A DNA stretch of 25,807 nt from a virus (Duplodnaviria; Caudoviricetes), in IMG/VR virus record IMGVR_UViG_3300016643_000198, positions 1 to 25,807 of that record, one strand, 5' to 3'. This document shows positions 24,363-25,807 of the stretch, in pieces (position 1 is the stretch's first letter; every line of letters begins with the position of its first letter). A model generated the notes under the pieces. The model did no database searches, had not been told where the DNA came from, and worked only from the letters and a program-made list of their open reading frames with translations. The position numbers and the translations under genes were made by a program.

Positions 24363-25807
24363 ATGCCAACACCGGATAGAGACCCGACCTACACCTATTT
24401 CGACAGCAGCCGTCGGCCTGCTCCAGGTACGGAATATCAAAACAATTCCGACCGTTACCCGATGGGGCCATACAGCCCGAGCGGCCCGCAGTTCCCGGGC
24501 TGGGTGGACCCGACCGGCGGCTACAAGATCGAGTACAACGTCGACGGCGAGCCGTACTACGCCTGGTATCCCAACGGCGAGTACCAAGGCGGTAACCCGT
24601 TCATCGACGGCGACGCCTCGATGGAGCGGCTGATGTACCCGCGGTACACGGCCGACCGTCTGCCCGACCCGAACTGGCGGCCGTCGTATCCCGGCGAGCG
24701 CCCGCCTTGGATGAACGCGCCGGAGCCCGACGACACGCCCGAGAGCAGGCGCCGCATGGACGCTTACAGCGACATGGTCCATCAGCGGAGCGCGAATCAC
24801 CGGAGCGAGCGCGACGCGGCTTTGGCTGCTGGCGCAAAGCTGATTCATTTCGACGAGCGCGTGCCCGGGTGGGGATCCAAGAACCAGCAGCTCTGGTATT
24901 ACCCGCCCGGATACAAGGGACCGCGCGTTAAGTCGCTTGGGTCAAACGTCGATGAACCATCGATTTCCGACCCGTCCGTACTTGGGTCTCGCGGGTGGCG
25001 GTACGTCGACAACAAGGGCAACACGGTCACCGATTCGCAGCCTTCGCAGGCTGGCCCGCAGCCGGGTGGGCCTGCACCGGGTGCGCCTAGCCAGATCCCG
25101 CCGGGTCCCGAACCCGAGGTGGTGCCTCCTGCTCCGCAGATGTCGTGGGAGGACCAAGAGGCGGGACGGCGCCAGGAATGGGAAGCGGGCGGGCGCAAGG
25201 GCACCGAGTACTTCGTCCGCTACGGAAATTACAACCCTGACGGTTACAGCAGCGGCCCCCAGCGGACGATGGCCGAGCAGCAGTATCTGGCCGAGCAGAC
25301 GAGAACGAACCCGCTGTTTGCTCGAGGCGCGATGTTCGATGCCGGGGACTGGGCCGGTCAGGACATGCAGAAGCGCATGAAGACCGTCAAGGGCGTGAAC
25401 GGCACCGAGCGCATGATGTGGGATCCAAGCAGGCAATCCCAGATCAACCAGTCGTTCACGCCCGAACAGCGTGCGGCGGCCGAAGCCAAGATGGCCGCGT
25501 TCAACAAGCAGTTCGACCCGAACAACATTGCTGGCAACCCTGCCTACGCCAAGGAGGCCGAGTTCCAGCAGATGGAGCGGTTCCACAACAACTTCGACCC
25601 CAACGGCACGCCGTACCAGCGGGCGCAGTACGCGAAGTACCAGCAGATGCTGGCCGAGCGGCAGGGCGGCGGGCAGCAGCCTCCGGCTCCCGCGCCGAAG
25701 CCCGGGCCGATGCCAGCGCCCAAGAACATTGGCGCCCCAGCGCAGGGCGCTCCTGTCAGCAACCCGGCGGTCGCGAACATGGGCGACGCCCGGTTCCACA
25801 ACGGCAA
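24363..25807 (+). CDS. Probable internal virion / DNA ejection protein, partial (>481 aa)
   Basis: GGGGAG RBS, ATG 24363 (MPTPDRDPTYTYF...); frame open to the window end so absent from the ORF track; P/G/Q/Y-rich; position after tail genes. Confidence 0.7.
   Translation, partial: MPTPDRDPTYTYFDSSRRPAPGTEYQNNSDRYPMGPYSPSGPQFPGWVDPTGGYKIEYNVDGEPYYAWYPNGEYQGGNPFIDGDASMERLMYPRYTADRLPDPNWRPSYPGERPPWMNAPEPDDTPESRRRMDAYSDMVHQRSANHRSERDAALAAGAKLIHFDERVPGWGSKNQQLWYYPPGYKGPRVKSLGSNVDEPSISDPSVLGSRGWRYVDNKGNTVTDSQPSQAGPQPGGPAPGAPSQIPPGPEPEVVPPAPQMSWEDQEAGRRQEWEAGGRKGTEYFVRYGNYNPDGYSSGPQRTMAEQQYLAEQTRTNPLFARGAMFDAGDWAGQDMQKRMKTVKGVNGTERMMWDPSRQSQINQSFTPEQRAAAEAKMAAFNKQFDPNNIAGNPAYAKEAEFQQMERFHNNFDPNGTPYQRAQYAKYQQMLAERQGGGQQPPAPAPKPGPMPAPKNIGAPAQGAPVSNPAVANMGDARFHNG

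Larger units (their letters stand above)
1..25807. mobile_element. Temperate tailed phage / prophage segment (podovirus-like head-tail module)
   Basis: Contiguous recombination, integrase, replication, terminase, portal, capsid, adaptor and nozzle genes; no tape measure, sheath or host genes in the window. Confidence 0.95.

Noticed and set aside
1-25807. Stop-codon reassignment explaining the terL break
   Set aside because: TGA, TAG and TAA all end genes at sensible coupled junctions, and readthrough of TGA 10525 meets an in-frame TAG at 10535-10537 only in another frame but gives no terminase-like sequence; the nuclease half lies 429 nt away

Overview
The whole window is a GC-rich temperate tailed-phage (podovirus-like) genome segment with no host genes or att junction visible. 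From left to right: (1) a leftward recombination operon (winged-helix protein, Redβ/RecT-like annealase, YqaJ exonuclease, small ORFs). (2) A divergent control region with a ribbon-helix-helix gene and three CTTG-N7-CAAG operator-like sites. (3) A rightward tyrosine recombinase, a replication initiator with internal iterons, and a G39P-like helicase loader. (4) A compositionally distinct leftward 'early' operon of small unknown genes, including a tandem paralog pair, preceded by a sigma54-like promoter. (5) The rightward morphogenesis operon: terminase small subunit, a large terminase split into separate ATPase and nuclease genes, portal, scaffold, N4-gp56-type major capsid, adaptor, nozzle and a probable ejection protein that runs off the end. 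The most unusual element is a cassette between portal and scaffold (14665-17527). It encodes fibre/spike-like proteins that all carry export signals, most with even numbers of cysteines, and ends with a small lipoprotein. This suggests phage fibres that are exported and folded outside the cytoplasm. All product calls come from motif recognition by eye; no database searches were run.
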